Assembly: GCF_964194025.1 (NCBI RefSeq)
Contig: NC_134472.1
Location: forward strand, 14,942,001 to 15,006,000
From: Convolutriloba macropyga
Taxonomy: Eukaryota
DNA length: 64,000 nucleotides
Direction: 5' to 3'
Notes under the pieces: generated by a model
Database searches by the model: none
Told to the model about the DNA's origin: nothing
The model's input: only the letters and a program-made list of their open reading frames with translations
Made by a program: the position numbers and the translations under genes
Shown: positions 12,801-27,346 of the stretch, one piece after another
Layout of the letters: each line of letters opens with the position of its first letter
How positions within the stretch are numbered: the first letter of the stretch is position 1

Positions 12801-14449
12801 AGTTGTTCAGTATTTGAAAGTTGTTTCAATACTAAATCTATGTTTTTAGTGTAGATAATTTTGATAGCTCAACTTACTTTGAGTAACAAATGCAGTCTAA
12901 AGTTCTACTGAAAATGAGCGGAGAAAATTTCAACGTTTTCTGTGAGTCATACACTTGTCGTTAACTGATGCAAAAAAATGAATTGAGCCCGGAATGGTTA
13001 CTGTAATAAAGTTATTACAAATTGTTTAAAATTAGTTTCAACTTTCAACGTTAGTGGCGTAGGAAATTTCGATTTTCTGAAACAATAATCGAAATATTTT
13101 CTTAATTGTGAATTAATAGAAAACCAGAAGTTACTACATTAATTTTTTTGAAGCAGCATGAATTCTAAGTTTGAATTGTCGAAAACTTTTTTTCTAAAGG
13201 ACGCAATTGCAAAATTTTCTAATATAACTGATTTTTTAGAATTTTTCAGTTGTTACAAAAACAAATGAAAAGTGCCGTTCCGCCTCAAATGTCATTTTTT
13301 TATCAAAGTCAATTGTGATAATTCAGCTCATTTTGAGCACCTTTTATTTAGCAAATCCGTGTACAATTTTTCCATCCAAGCACTATAAAGCTGTCAAACT
13401 AGAATAATGAGACAAACAGCAGTCTGAGTTAAATAAAGTCCAGAATTTAAGAAAGTAAAATGGCTTGGAACAAAACAAAACGAAGGAGGTTCTCATGATC
13501 TGCCACTACCGGGGTCAGTGGCAGATCATCAGAACTCTTGATAGATTGCCTTTAGAACAGTGTTTTAGAATATTGCTTTTTTGTGAACATTTGTTTGATA
13601 AGATTTTGATAAAAACACGCTAAAACAATTTCGCCTATCTTCATCCGTGGGTCGGATTTCAAACAACTTGTGGCTGAAGACCATCCAGAATAATGAAGAG
13701 ACAGCGGTTGTAAAAACCAATAAGAAACCCAATTAACCGCTGCAGCGGGGGTATTAATAGGCCGCAATTTGATAAGAAGGACCCCGAGGGGAACTGAACT
13801 TAACTAAATATATTGTATTAGAACATTTAATAATTTAAATTTCTCACTCTTGTCTCCTTTCCGAGCGGTTTAATATTAAGCAAGGCCATGTCTCCTCCAA
13901 TAATCGGAACTTAATAAATGTCTCCATGGACAAATCCCTTCCAATTACCTGTTAATCTATTTTTTGCTCGCCGCAACAGGGTTCATAATTTACATAAATG
14001 CTGATTGAAAAGCATCGCGAGAGGAGTCTTAATTCTATTGTGTTTTTGAACGGGTCAAATTCAAATTTTGTCAAAAAAATCATTGACGGGTCTTTCTTAC
14101 AGATACTTATCGGACCCAGTGTGTAATTTTGCGACAGGTTTTTCAAATCTTTACTTGTATGCAAGTTCCCTCAATATTAGCCGAAAGGCAGGCACTGACG
14201 CAATTGCATTTCAGGGCAGCTATAAAGGAACGAGTTTTTAAAATATGCAAATAGTTATTTGACAAAAATTTTCTTACTTTTTAAACATTTCATAACAAGG
14301 TCTTCCCTTTTTCGCTTTTCTGATCTTCGGACGTAATCGTCGAGGGTCTGTGAGGGATAGAATTCATCGATCCCATACTGTGATTATAGATTACAAAATG
14401 ATTGCAGTTAGAGCAATCGCGAATAATAATTTCGCACTACGCGTAACGC

Positions 14450-15600
14450 TAAATTTTTGTCGGACTACCCGCATCAGTTTATTTTTGGGATGCGGATCAT
14501 GAAATGTGTGGAAGTCGGATATTGATGTGGATCAGTGAATTGATGCAATAGCTGACCTTCGGAACCAAGCAAGTAAAAGTTGTAGCTTATCGCGGCGTAG
14601 AAAGGTTCTACAAGTAAAGTTTTTATCCACCCAAGGACCATTACGGGGCTAAAATTTTGCGTGCAAGTACAAAACAATCTCAAAGTGTTGAAGAATCTCG
14701 CTTTCAATAGAGAAAGCATTCAAGAATTTGTAGTGGGGAAGAAAATCTGAGGTGTGAAGCATAGCCGCAACAAAGGCTCTTTTAAGCAACTGAATTGCTC
14801 CCCTAATCTCTTTAATAAAGAACCACCAGCGTCGTTAAATTTTTTCATGGTATTTTGTGACATTGTGAAGTAACAATCTCACGGTACTTGTTTTTAGGGG
14901 AGCAACGATTGGGGGTTACTCCAGCAACCCAACTCCAAACTAATAACAACTATAAGGGGCTCAATTGACGAATTGTTAAATTTTAAAGTGATAATGAATG
15001 TTTAACCTAAATCTAACGGTATATACAAGGGTTAAGAAAGCTTACTGGCAAAATAGGCTATTGGGTGATCATGGGCAAGATTAGACTGTAAATTTGTCAT
15101 TTTTATTCGAGAATGTGAATTTCGCAGAAAAGGAGTCAGCATCTGAACAAAAGTAGCAACATCTCGGAACATTGAAGTAAAATTGACCACAAAAACGGGG
15201 ATAGACCAATTTTCACGCTGGACCCTGCGTTTTGTCATTCGGATTCATCGCTCACCGGTTCTGCAGGAAATGAACACTGAATACCCAGTGGAGTGTTGGC
15301 AGTAGCCGTTTGATTTTTGGAGCGTTGACGTAACTTTTCAAGGGCTTTTGGTATTATTCTTTAACTTGCGGGCTAGACTGGAGCTCGGTGAGTCTGATAT
15401 CCCGAGCGTTGAAAACCGGCAAATATGCTTTTTGAACGGCCAAAAGACTTTGAAATCGAAAAAAATTTGTTAAATTGGGACAATTAGTGAGATAAAACCC
15501 ACCGCACTCAAAATTAATGAATACCGAGTTTTTAGTTGCGACACCCACAACCTCTTTAATACTTTTGAAACGCAATCAACACGCAAAGGTATTGCTTGGA
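14450..15600 (-). mobile_element. Highly degraded LTR-retrotransposon pol remnant
   Basis: Short peptides on the minus strand in pol order: SLLAVQKAYLPV and TATANTPLG (RT-like), HPIAYFASKLS (RNase H-like), KF*PRNGPWV (integrase GPY/F-like). Confidence 0.35.
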
Positions 15601-17604
15601 CACTAAATTTTGCGTGCAACTAGTTGGCGCCCTACCTTTTCCAAATAACTTTACCCGATAAATTTTTACCCCTTAATCACCAGATATGACCTGTTGAATT
15701 TTAACTCCCATTAGAACAACCACGAGCTCGTTTTCTATAAAAAAATAGTGAAAAATTGTGAGTAGAAACACTTTTGAATTACAATTGTTTTTGTTGCAAC
15801 CCCGACACCTCAAAAAGATATTGTGACCCCGAATTAACATTTGGAGGTAATTTGTTTTTTCGAAAACAGATTTTCATATAGGGGAATTGCGAGGAATGGT
15901 TGAAAACACCTAGCGCTCAATGGTTGCAAATAGGTCTCTTTTTGGTTGTTATTGAAAACAACCTAAATTAAAAGTAAATATCGTCTCCAGTCTAATTTTC
16001 TCAAGTATTTGAGCGAAGCTGATATGAATTAGTTGTTTACTTTGACATCGTATTGCTTTTTAACCAAACAAAACTCTCACGTGGTGTGTGAGCATGTGAT
16101 AGTTGAGATGTTGAGTTGGTCGACATTTAAATCTAAGGTTAATATATTTCTTCGAAATTAAACAATTAATTGAAGTAAATAGAACGATTACTGCGCGAAC
16201 GGAGAGCGACAAGCAATTTTTGTATCGAGAGAAGGATTTTTTACACGGAAATAAGTTGTCTATTGTGAAGAGACCATTTGAGATTAATATTGTTATGCCG
16301 GATCAAGACAATTTTGCGAGGAAATTGGAGTTTCTGGTTTGTAAATCACGGAGTAGTATGTCATATTAATCTGTCTGCGACTGTTTTTTTTCAATACCGC
16401 GATTAAGTTCTTCCCTATCTGAATTTGATTCAATTGTGGTTAGAAGGGGTAGTTTTTGAAGTTACTCTTGACAAAGTTGGAGTGGGTTAATAAGTGTCGA
16501 CAAGAGTGAGGAGTGGAAATAATGATAAGTTAAAAGAAGTACCAATTTCAACATTCTGTAAATTTTAGTAAAAGCTTTTTTGACCGATCTTCTAGGCGCA
16601 AAAAATCAGCAACATATAAAAAAAATCAGAAGACGACACTAATTTTTTTGAAAACCGCGAAGATTAGAAAAAATTGAATAGCTTAAGCCAATGGGATGAT
16701 TGGACTAGTTTTTTAGTCACTCTTTTGATGCCACTTTCATTACATCAGCAGCGTCGAGTGGATTTTGTCGGACTGAATTTTACTGCATCGAATTTACGCA
16801 ATTGAGGAGTTAGCAAACAGCAAATCAAAGCAGAGAAGAATTTTTTTAACACGAGAGACCGATCAGAACTGTTTGGTAAAGTTGGTAGTCATTACATTGC
16901 ATAGCAAACGCCAGTATTTTTCTTTTCATTCGACTAATTTATTGCCACCACTGTTTTCTCGCGCTCTTCATCTAGCTTGATTAACAACAAAACAAATAGG
17001 GGTTTCCGCATGCACATTTCAACTGTTTTAAAAATATGCAGTACTCAGGGGGAGAAAGAATATACGTTATGGATTAGTTGTGCATTTGTTTTTTTTGTCG
17101 AATTTCAAAAAAAATAAGTCGAATAGTATCAAGAACGTCGAATATCTAAGGACAAAAATTTTCTTTCAATTCGAACACTTCGTTGCTGGATCATTTAATA
17201 CAAGAATAAAAATCATAGAAAAGAAATAAATTTTTATTAGGCGAAAATGAAATCCAGTATTTGTGTGTTTGCTCCTACTTTAATCAGAACTATTTTCAAA
17301 AGTTGACTCTGTCTTGAATATGTCTTGAAAAGGCATCCAATCCTAAAACTTTTAAAACATGGTTATGTTGTACACATTTTTATTTTTTCAACTTGAACTT
17401 ATATGTACTGCAATATAGGAAAAGAAAAATTTTCAAGATGTTTGAGACGCAAGAAACGGGGTTTGGGGCGGTTTTCCCAAGTTTACAATTGATATTGTAC
17501 CTTAGGGTCTTTTGGCGGATTACAATCTGATGCCGGGTTTCAAATAGGTAATGTCCTACCGAATAAAAACAAAAAAAACATAAATGGTAAAACATTTTCG
17601 AAAA

Positions 17605-17779
17605 ATAGAAGTATGATTTTTGGTATTCGTACTTGGGTCATATATGACTTCTTGGTAATCATACAAGGATCATATATGATTTCTTTGGTTTCATAAAAGG
17701 ATCATTCTAAGAAATCAAGCATGGACAGTATGAAATCATATATTATCCTTGTATTAAATCTATGAAACTTCAACCCGGG
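17605..17779. mobile_element. Right end of a TIR element with GATCATATATGATTTC subrepeats
   Basis: Ends in aaacttcaacccggg. Shares its repeat motif with 18224-19043. No left end was found. Confidence 0.5.
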
Positions 17780-18223
17780 AAGCCTTAAATGTGTTACGAT
17801 CCTAGCTCTTACCTAAACTTGCAATTGGACGATCCTACCTAAACTTGCCATTGGACTTGCCCAGTACTGTTATTTACTTGGCGTTTAGTAAGGGTATGTT
17901 CATTTTTCAGTTTTCCTTGTTAGGGGGGTTCAACCTCTTTTTTCAACCTTGGAAACAAAACTGGACTGCATTTTGAAGAAAAAAATTTATAATTTTACAA
18001 ATACATTTTGTATAGTTTTTGCTAAGTGAAGTAAAAATCCACTTTGATCACGCAAATAAGATTGTAGCGATAAAGATTTTGATAAAGCTAATTCAGGAAC
18101 TATCTTACCTCACAGTACGCAAAAGGTTTCTCGTAAGCGCATCATCAACAAATGTTTCTTAAGCTTTTTTAGTTTATAAGTCAATCAATCTTTTTAAACT
18201 TGCTTGGCCTTATTCTTACACCA

Positions 18224-19043
18224 CCCCGGGTTGCTCATCATACACAATTCTTAGTAGTCATACTAGGTCATATATGATTCCTAGTATTCATACAAGGTCA
18301 TATATGATTTATATGATTTCTTAGGAGTCATACAGGGATCATATATGATTTCCTAGAAATCATACAGGGATCATACAAAGAATTCAAAACCTAAAAACTG
18401 TATGACTTTCATTGTTTTTGATGTTGAAAAAATTTCCTGGAAATCAGACAAGGTCACATATGACAGATTAAACATTGATTGGTTTCACAAATTTCCGTAT
18501 AATGTAGTCAGAGGACATAATAAAATTTTATATCGCATTTGCATTTCATATTTGATTCTTTTTGTGGCCGAAAAGCATAACTTTCCAACTTAAATACATT
18601 CAGAAAACAAATTTGAGGTTATATGTAAAAAAGTTTCCAAAATATTTTTTTATAAATGAGCATTTATAGGTATAAGCTGGCTTCAGAGAATATCAGAACT
18701 TTATTTATGTAATTGGACTTACTCATTAATTGCGTGCCCAACTTTGCAAATGATGCTGTACGTTTGGGTCTATTGGTGAATCACAAGGTGAGTCCTTGCC
18801 GAATGAATTTTTTAAAAAGACATAAAGGGTTTAACAATTTATGAAAAATAGATGTATGATTCTTGGTATTCATACTAGGATCATATATGATTTCTTTATA
18901 GTCATACAAGGTTCAAATATGATTTCCTAGTAGTCATGTATGATTTCTTAGTAGTCATACAAGGATAGTACTAGGAAATACGTTATGATTTGTGTGATAC
19001 CATATACGATCCTTGTATGACTACTCAGAAGTGGTGACACGGG
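18224..19043. mobile_element. Non-autonomous TIR element with (A/G)GATCATATATGATTTC arrays
   Basis: Starts (c)cccgggttg and ends gtgacacggg. Tandem arrays at 18240-18380 and 18850-19025. Possible CA TSD, ambiguous by one base. Confidence 0.55.
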
Positions 19044-20114
19044 CATTCAAATTATTAATTGAAAAAGTACAGTGCTGCAAAAAAGTTTTAAAAATATCAT
19101 CTACTTTATTGAAGACAATGTATGTAAGTATCACTTCAAAAGGTGCGCAAAAATTGATCTGCATGAATTGAATGAGAAAGCAGAATAATGAATAATTTTT
19201 TCCCATATTTGAGTAAATTGACAATATCGAACTTGTGAGATCAAGCGAATAGTTTTATTTATCAACGCAATGTCACTCAATCAATCAATCATGGGAAATG
19301 CGGTTTTGATTTATTTGTGATAACTCTATTTGTTTGCTCCAAAATGAAATTCTGAGCAACAAAATATAAACAACCTACAATAAAGTGCAACATTGTTACT
19401 CAAGTTTCCATTGTTAATCAGTTCCTATGCACAAAAATTGTGATTGAAAACGTTCAGATCGGTATCAGCAAATTTACCTTGATATGGTATTGTGTCAATT
19501 TTATTGCAATTTATCGATTATCTGCCTCAATCGGGTTTGCGAATTTGATATATCGCAAACAGTTGATCTTCTGTAAAGAATTCAAAAATAGGCCTCTAAT
19601 CGTTTCCTGGTAGATCAAACTTGAGCAAAATTATTAATGCCGCGTACTATAGCACCGCATAAGTATTAGAAAAAAAAACGAAGTACTAATTCTTGAAAAA
19701 TAAGACGTTTTAGTATTTCTGAAGTACAGTGTTAAGGCTTTTATCAAAAATTTTTCGTTGCCGTACTAAGACCCAACCAAATTGAATTTGAAGCCGTTAT
19801 TAATATCAGAGCCAGACAAATGCTGTCAACCTCTCTATAATGATTAGTAAGCTTACAAAATTTTTTCTAAATTGGGCGACCTTGGGAGGTAATAAGTTGA
19901 TCAATAATTACGAAAGGCAACGGATATAAATGATTCGGTTAAAATAGCACCTAAAAAAACGTTGTTTGAAATTTGTCGAGGAAAAGAAACAGACAAGACT
20001 TATCTCAATAACTTGATCAACATTTATAAAAAAACTTTTAAGTAATTCGTTGTGCTCTGGACGCAATGGTTCACACTGCGTGCAGTATTGCAACTAATTT
20101 CTCATTGATGATGC

Positions 20115-20340
20115 TCATTGAACAGGATTTCCGTATTCAATTAGCGAAGATACGACAGCGTCAGTATTTTCTAGGAAGAGAACAGACACCAACAAGAAAG
20201 TGGCAATCGTATATGCCCACTTGCGATTCTTTGTGGACAGGGCTACTTCTGCGTCAAATGGTCTGCATATTAGAATGTATCTTTCCACTGCCATTATAGA
20301 AACAATCACTAGAGATAGAAATGGACCGGCTCTTTCCGCT
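20115..20340 (-). pseudogene. Rhodopsin-family GPCR fragment, TM3-TM4
   Basis: PFLSLVIVSIMAVERYILICRPF is the class A TM3 (D/E)RY-x-x-I-x-x-P motif, followed by a TM4-like helix. Confidence 0.8.
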
Positions 20341-20854
20341 TCGCTTTAATAATTATTTATCTATTTGTTCAAAAAAATAATGTCAGGATCAAGCAGAACA
20401 GAGCCCTCCATATTGAAAGAGAGCCATTCTTCTTGTAACATCATGCAAGATAAGATCTTTGGATAATAAGATCTATTTTTACAATTCACTGTTCACGGAA
20501 TCTTTATATATTGATTTTAAGTAGTATTTTGCAAAGAAAATGTGGTTGGAATGGTCACCCGGAGTTACAAATTCATTTTAACAGCTCAAATAATACAACC
20601 ATAAACTCTCACCTGTGATGCCCAAATTATCTATTGAGTGAAAGATACTTGCAAATTGAGGAGTTTAAAAATCATTATGTAGAACCCATGATTCTTGTCA
20701 TCACCTAACTTAGAATGCTTCTCGGCGCCAAGATAAAGATTGTGAAACTGTTTTCAAGGTCAATGCTTGACCTAAAGCAGATAAACTTGGTTCTTCAATA
20801 AATTGATCGATCTTTCACAATATTTAAATAGAATAAAATATTCACAAATGTTTT

Positions 20855-21317
20855 TCTTATGCTGCTTACTTTTATACTTGATCCAATTGCGTCGCGTTTG
20901 CCGTTTATTTGTTGGAGGTAGGAGCTTGCCTCGCGATTGCTAGTTAACTTAAGTAAAGCTTCGAGTTTTACTTTTAGTATCGGATTTCGAGCCGCGATTG
21001 ACCTTTTGAATTTCTTGACTCATTTTGAAGAGCGATTTGCAAAATTTAATTACCACTGAAAGCTATCAGCGCAAATGAAAGAATGAAAGATTTTTACATT
21101 TTATATCACAAGAGGAAATTAAAGTGATCATGAGCTGATCACGAACAGCGGCAAAACAGAAAGTTTGCTGTCTGATACATGAACAAAATTTAGATCAAAT
21201 CAAACTCTTCAAATAAAAAAATTTAAAGTTGTAATAAACTGAATACTGCACTGAACTAAATCAAATTGAACTAAATACCGTACTGAATATTTACACCAAT
21301 ATTCTGTCCCTGTGACA
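20855..21317 (-). repeat. 3' LTR of Gypsy element 1
   Basis: Begins TGTCACAGG on the minus strand next to the polypurine tract. Both ends align with 27103-27346. Confidence 0.8.
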
Positions 21318-22738
21318 TTTCCCCCTTTGTGAGATATGATATAGTTTATATTAAACAAAATCAGAACGTTAGTACTTAATCACCGGTTAAATAATTTTAT
21401 AATATTATTTTATTAATTAAACATTTAGTTTGTGTCGGATTCTAAGAAATTTTTAATGAGCTTCATCATCTTGGCATTGTTCCGCCTCATACACAGTTAT
21501 TACTTTATCTGTAGGTATATTCAGCTGGGGATCACAAGTCCATTTTTAGGTCGGATTGGGCTGTGATGCCATAACTATGAATGATGTGTCTGTAATTGGC
21601 ATTTCTGTTGATTAACCGTGTGCAGATTGTATGTTTTCAACAACCGTTTGAGTCTGCTGACTCAGTGATTTTTGGTTGTGCTTATTTAGCGTTTACCACT
21701 TCTAATTGAAGAAGATTCAGAGTCCGACGTGTCGCCATTTTATATTGGCCTCTTAAGTTTCCATAGAATGGGGTCAGTTGCAGTGCAGATAATTTTATAG
21801 TTGGTTGGACTGGAGACGCTGCAATTTCATGTTCGGGACTGAATTTGAGAATTTGTGTTAAATCGAGTCTTTATTTAAATGCGTCATCGTATTTGGGATT
21901 GCGCTTTGGTAACCGCAATTTCAAGGCTCGTGCAACATTGCTTGTGGTAGATATACAAGGTCTAGCGGAAGAGACAAAACGATCATCGTCTGCTTGTTTT
22001 CCGGACCTCATAGTCTGTTTGCTTCCAAGATTCATCCTTAGATAATCGTTTTTATAGTATTGAAATTTCCGTTCCAGTTTTTTTTGTCAGTTATTTTGGG
22101 TAGTCTTTGTTCTGCTTTCTGTCCCAAATATGTTGTTCTTTCGTGTTTTGTGCCAAATTTAAAATTGTCAGAGTTTCTGAACTTGACCTCCACTTTATTT
22201 GGCTCCTTGATAACACTTGTGATGGAGCTAATTTACCCCACATCTAACAGGTGCTAATGCTTCATAAAGTCCGTCGAAGTTTTGTTTTTGTCTTCTCGTT
22301 GCTCGGACTTTTCGGGGTGTTTTTACTTGCACACTACGCTATGTCCTGGTAAATGGTCCTGAGACTCCTTCCGACCAAATCATTGGACTTTCTTTGTCCT
22401 GTATTATCTGTTGCTGGGCGTGCTCGTTGGCGTTCGTGGTGCAAACAACTTTTTACACTTCCAATTGTCCAAATAAAATTTAAATATTTGATTTTAGTTA
22501 AGATTTCTACTGTTTTGTTCAGTTGTCATATTAAATGCTGGTGTGTTATACTTTCGACCAAAATGCCCCTCAAATGGTGATATATTTGTTGTTTTTTGTT
22601 TTAATATCTCTAATTTGTGTAAAATTGTATGCATTGCATGTTGTTAAATAATTTTTTTTAGAGAACTTTCAAGCGTGATAATTGTTTTTTTATAGTTTGA
22701 ATGAGACGTTCGACAAGTTTAATCTAATCTAATGGATC

Positions 22739-22888
22739 NNNNNNNNNNNNNNNNNNNNNNNNNNNNNNNNNNNNNNNNNNNNNNNNNNNNNNNNNNNNNN
22801 NNNNNNNNNNNNNNNNNNNNNNNNNNNNNNNNNNNNNNNNNNNNNNNNNNNNNNNNNNNNNNNNNNNNNNNNNNNNNNNNNNNNNNNN
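22739..22888. other. Assembly gap (150 N) inside the Gypsy integrase
   Basis: N run with collinear integrase peptides on both sides. Confidence 0.98.
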
Positions 22889-25800
22889 ATTATTGATAAT
22901 TGGGCTGGATGCTTGATTTACAATTTCTATTGTGGGGTATTTAGAATAAATATCTATGCCTACTAAGAAGTATTGTTATACTTTTTTTCGTTCAGAATAG
23001 GGCCATCAAAATCTATTTGTAATTCTTCAAAGTACAATTGATTAGTGCTGACCATTTGCTGTGCCGAATAACTGGTTTTCAGTTTTTACCATTATTCAGT
23101 AGCTTTAGCTAGTATATCGCCGTGGACGTAGGGGCACCAAATGTTATGGTCTGTCGATAGCATCGGGAACCTCCCCGGATGTGTTGAGTGGATGTCGTTG
23201 TGTGTTGAGAAATGCATTCTTATTTGACTTAGGAACGGCAATCCTTTCATGCAGACAAAGGCAGCTGCTTTTTACGCTCATATCCCTCCAGTGTGAGTGA
23301 AAGCATAGGATTATTTAATCAAATCTGGCTTCGTCATTTCATATAACACAGTCACGAATTTACTGAAGTTTTGCGTCCTATCCTGTCAATATTGCCTGCA
23401 GTTTTTTGCTGAATTTTCTTTTCATTGTATCCAACAATCTATGATCTTCTGCAGTTTCCAGTTCATTGGTTGAGGGGGTGGCATCGGTTGTTGATGTGCT
23501 TTTCGTATCGGAGGTCGTATTTGATGGCGATTGTCAGAAAATGCCAGAGGATTGTAATTGATGGCAATTTTCGGAGAATGTTACTCGAGTTTTGGTCGGT
23601 TTGATCACTTTCCACGAGGCATTTCTGACGAGGATGTTTTCTGATTCAATTTTGTTTAAATTCTTCAGTTCGGTTTAAGGGCAAAAAGCGAGTAATTTTT
23701 GAGTGCTTGGTATCTATAGTCGGAATTTTTTGCGCTTTAGATACTTTTCGGTGGTTAGTTTATATGGTATCAAATATGGAATTTATTGGACCTAATTGTA
23801 CAGATTGTCCACATTCGTTGCTGCATGATTTTTGCAAGGCATTTGCAGAAAATTTGTTTATTGAATGTGAACTTTTACACGGACATAGTGTTAAGTGCAA
23901 ATTGGGGGTTTGAATGTGATAAAGGCGGCGCGATTGAGGTATTTGAATTGTATTTAATGCGATCAGATGGTATTCGATTTTACGAAGCAATTGACGATGA
24001 GGATTTTGAATTCGGCAATTGCGATGCAACTAATTTATTCATTAATTGTAAAACATGGCTTGCAGTGATAAATGTTAGTAGTGCAAAAGCTTAGTATAAT
24101 TTTGTAATGGGAGTATTATGCATTATTATGATGCTGAAATTTCGGAGAACTGGTGATTTAGGTTTAATCATCTGTTCAAATGAATGTCGAATTTTAGAGA
24201 TAGTTGCAACTACAAAGTTTTCATCAGAACTTTGCAGAATTTTTCTTTTCTTTTGCAAAAGGGAATAGGGAAATATAACTGACCAAACCTATTTTCGCTC
24301 CTGGCATGTGCTCTTTTGAAAAACTTTTAAGATACTAGTCTATCAATCCATCGTGAAAGTCTGCTCTTGTAGGATTTGTTTGAATCTTGTTGTTTGAGTA
24401 ATGACAATAATGCTCTATGGTCAGTATTCTGTGAATTCTTTACCATTAAGGTAGTATTTGAAGTAGTCAATGGACAATACAATTCCCGGCAACTATAGCT
24501 CATTTACACTTTATCGTTCCTCTGCGGTCTTCAGAAAACGAGAAGCGAAAGCAATGGGTTTCCATCCGTCAGGAATGTAATCTTCAAATGCATTGCCAAG
24601 TCCAGAACGTGAAGCATCACATTTTACTCTAACATCGAATTTTTAGTGATAGTTTTTGGTTGTTTTTTCGCTATTTTTGTCTTTATTTATATTAATTTGT
24701 TTGTTGTGCGTTTCAGACCTTTCAAATTAAGTAGATTTTTTAAGTAGTGGTCTTAATTGATTACATAGTAGTGCGAAATGTGGTATAAATTTACTTAAGT
24801 AATGAGCGAGAAGTGATCCGAGAAATGATCTTAACCGAGAATTGATCGTAACCGAGTACTGAACAAAGAAATTATCGTAATCGTTTATGTGTATTTGGAG
24901 GTGGAATTGCTAAAAAGGAGCTGTTTTGTTTTCGGGCTTTTGGGTGGCAAAATACCTGTCTGAGTAAAATTATATCCGAGTCACACAATTTCTGACTTAG
25001 CAAAATGACATTTTTGGAGATTGGTGCGCAAGTTGTCCTCACTTATTTTGTTTCGACCGTTAATGACATAATTAATATGGTCGGATTCTGATCCGGTTTT
25101 AACTATTAACATATGGTCTAAATGCAATTTGTATTTTGGAGGCTCATAAGTGTTTAATTCATTCTTTTTGAAATTCTGTTGGCATGTCAAAGACGCCGTA
25201 AAAACAGTTTGAAAACTCTATGTGCCTGTTGATTCACCACAAATAATATTAAAAGTACAATGTTTTGCTGTATCTTTATGTAATTTTAATTCAATGTACG
25301 TATATTAAAGATCGATAATTGAAAAATATACTTGTTTTGACCTGTGTATCTGTTAAAAGCTGGGAAATGGAATCAATTAACATTTCTATGTTAAGCGCTT
25401 GATATTTATTTTTATGAAAGGATTCGTTGAGATTTTTAGAGTACAGAGCTAGTTTTATGGAATGAGATTTCTTTACTGCAATCACGATAGGTGAAATCAA
25501 ATTTTCATCATATTAATTTTTTTCATTGGCCCTTTTTTGCATTCTGTCAAGTTCAGCAGTAACTCTAGGTTGTAATTTAATCGGAACGCGACGATCTTTT
25601 GGGTGTTTTGCTGTGAACTTTTGATAAAACTTTAACTTATCGAGCTATGCATTGGATAATCCAACTCTTCAAACTAATTCAGGAATTTGCGAAGCTAAAA
25701 CCTGTTTTTACTTTGCATGAAGAATTACCTATATTGCGAACGCATATACCCTTTTTATTGTTGTTAGACAACTGCTAGTCCGAGGCTATTGGGGGGTCCT

Positions 25801-27102
25801 GTCCCATGATGTTCTGGTGACCATCGTCTATCAAAGTGAGATATGCATCCTCACAAGACCAATCGTTGTATGTGACAGTTGTGACGAGTTCTCTTAGGGC
25901 ATTAGTTGGATCGCTTGAGAAGTTTTTCAAGTCCTTCATATCTATTGAAGTGATCCATTGGGCTGTTGTGGTAGTCTTGAAGACGGTACCGGCTAAGCTT
26001 TTGGTAATGATGCTACAGACATTGCCGGAGTCGATCATTGAGATTGAAGAAATATTAATGAACTGTGTTTTGGCGTTGAGTGTTTCTAATTTGTTTGCCG
26101 TCTCGATTGAGAAAGCTTCAACATAATTGTCCAAATCAATATCATAGTTTGAGTTGCACTCTTGTTCGTTTGGTTCTCTGTAACTAGTTATGTAGATCAC
26201 TGACTGTTCATCTTTACTTTTATCAGGCGTTGATTCAATTCGATTAACATTAGTTTGTTTTGATTGTGTTGTTTGGAACTGTGGCTTTTTTGGTTTTTCT
26301 GCAATTCTTTGCAAATTGATTGGAAATTCCACAGTTATTGCATTTTTCCTTTTTGCAGGGCAAACTTGGCGATGGTCATAGGCACAACGTTGCCCACAAT
26401 TGGTGCATACCCATGTGAATTGCTATTTCCAACGCTTTAGTGGGTGTTACTGATTCCTTGGACAGTTCGTTTTGCGTCTCAAAGTCTGGCATGTTCAAAA
26501 TGAGTGTGTCGCGTTTGAGTGTAATCTCTTCGTCACCCGTTGAGGAAACTTCCGTAGAAACTTTCTGTGGTTTTGAGGAGAAAAAGAAAAATCTATCGTA
26601 TGTAATGTTAACGGTCTTTATGAAAGAATCGTCCATGAGTTTCCATAATTTATTTCATTGATTCCTTTTCGCTGAGAATTTTTGGGTGTTTACATTTGAA
26701 AGTTCTACGACCTGCTAACCCAATGCAGAGGTAGAGTAGATAATTAGATTTTTGGTCACAGGTATCCCACGGTTGGACCCAGCAAAGTAATCCGATTTCA
26801 TTGATTTTTTTTTACTTTGTTCAGCCAATTTAATTTAAGTTGTTGAATTCAGATCTTGAGGTCCGTTTCCATTGCTTCAGTATGGTTTTCAACTTCCACC
26901 TCATTACGGGTTCTAGTGGGTAGACAAATCCTGAAGTTGGTCCGCTTGGAAAGGTTTCGAATTGGATTCCTTCTTTCGCTAGTAGAGCGAGTTTCCATTG
27001 CTGAATCTAATTCTCCCACAAGACAGATGGTGTTGTGGTTGCCTTCTCCCAGAAGCATCTACGTGAAAAAGTGGTTTCTTGCATCAACTGCTGACTGCGC
27101 AA

Positions 27103-27346
27103 TGTTATGCGGCTCACTTTTATTCTTGATCCAATTGAGTTGTGATCACGAACAGCGACAGGAACTTTCAATTTGTTTATGATCTGAACAGACACCTTCC
27201 TGCCTGATACATGAAGAAAAGTAAGATCAGATGGAATTCTCCAACTAAAATAATTTAAAGATAAAAGCAACACAACACTGCACTGAATTCAATGAAACTG
27301 AATTAAAAATGGTAATTAAAATTGATGCCAATATTCATTCCGTACA
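27103..27346 (-). repeat. 5' LTR of Gypsy element 1 (internally deleted)
   Basis: tgttatgc...gtaca. Lacks over 200 bp that are present in the other LTR. Confidence 0.8.

Larger units (their letters stand above)
20855..27346 (-). mobile_element. Degraded Ty3/Gypsy (Mag-like) LTR retrotransposon, TSD GTTTT
   Basis: Homologous LTRs at 20855-21317 and 27103-27346. GTTTT at 20850-20854 and 27347-27351. PPT complement tttccccctt at 21318. PBS-like (t)tgcgcagtcagcag at 27088-27102. Fragments of gag, protease (MIDSG), RT (ISPIVIAVKK..IKLAL), RNase H (CDAS) and integrase. Confidence 0.88.

Noticed and set aside
22739-22888. Gap as a misjoin between two elements
   Set aside because: The flanks are collinear integrase, and the missing stretch (about 45 codons by comparison with element 2) fits the gap size.
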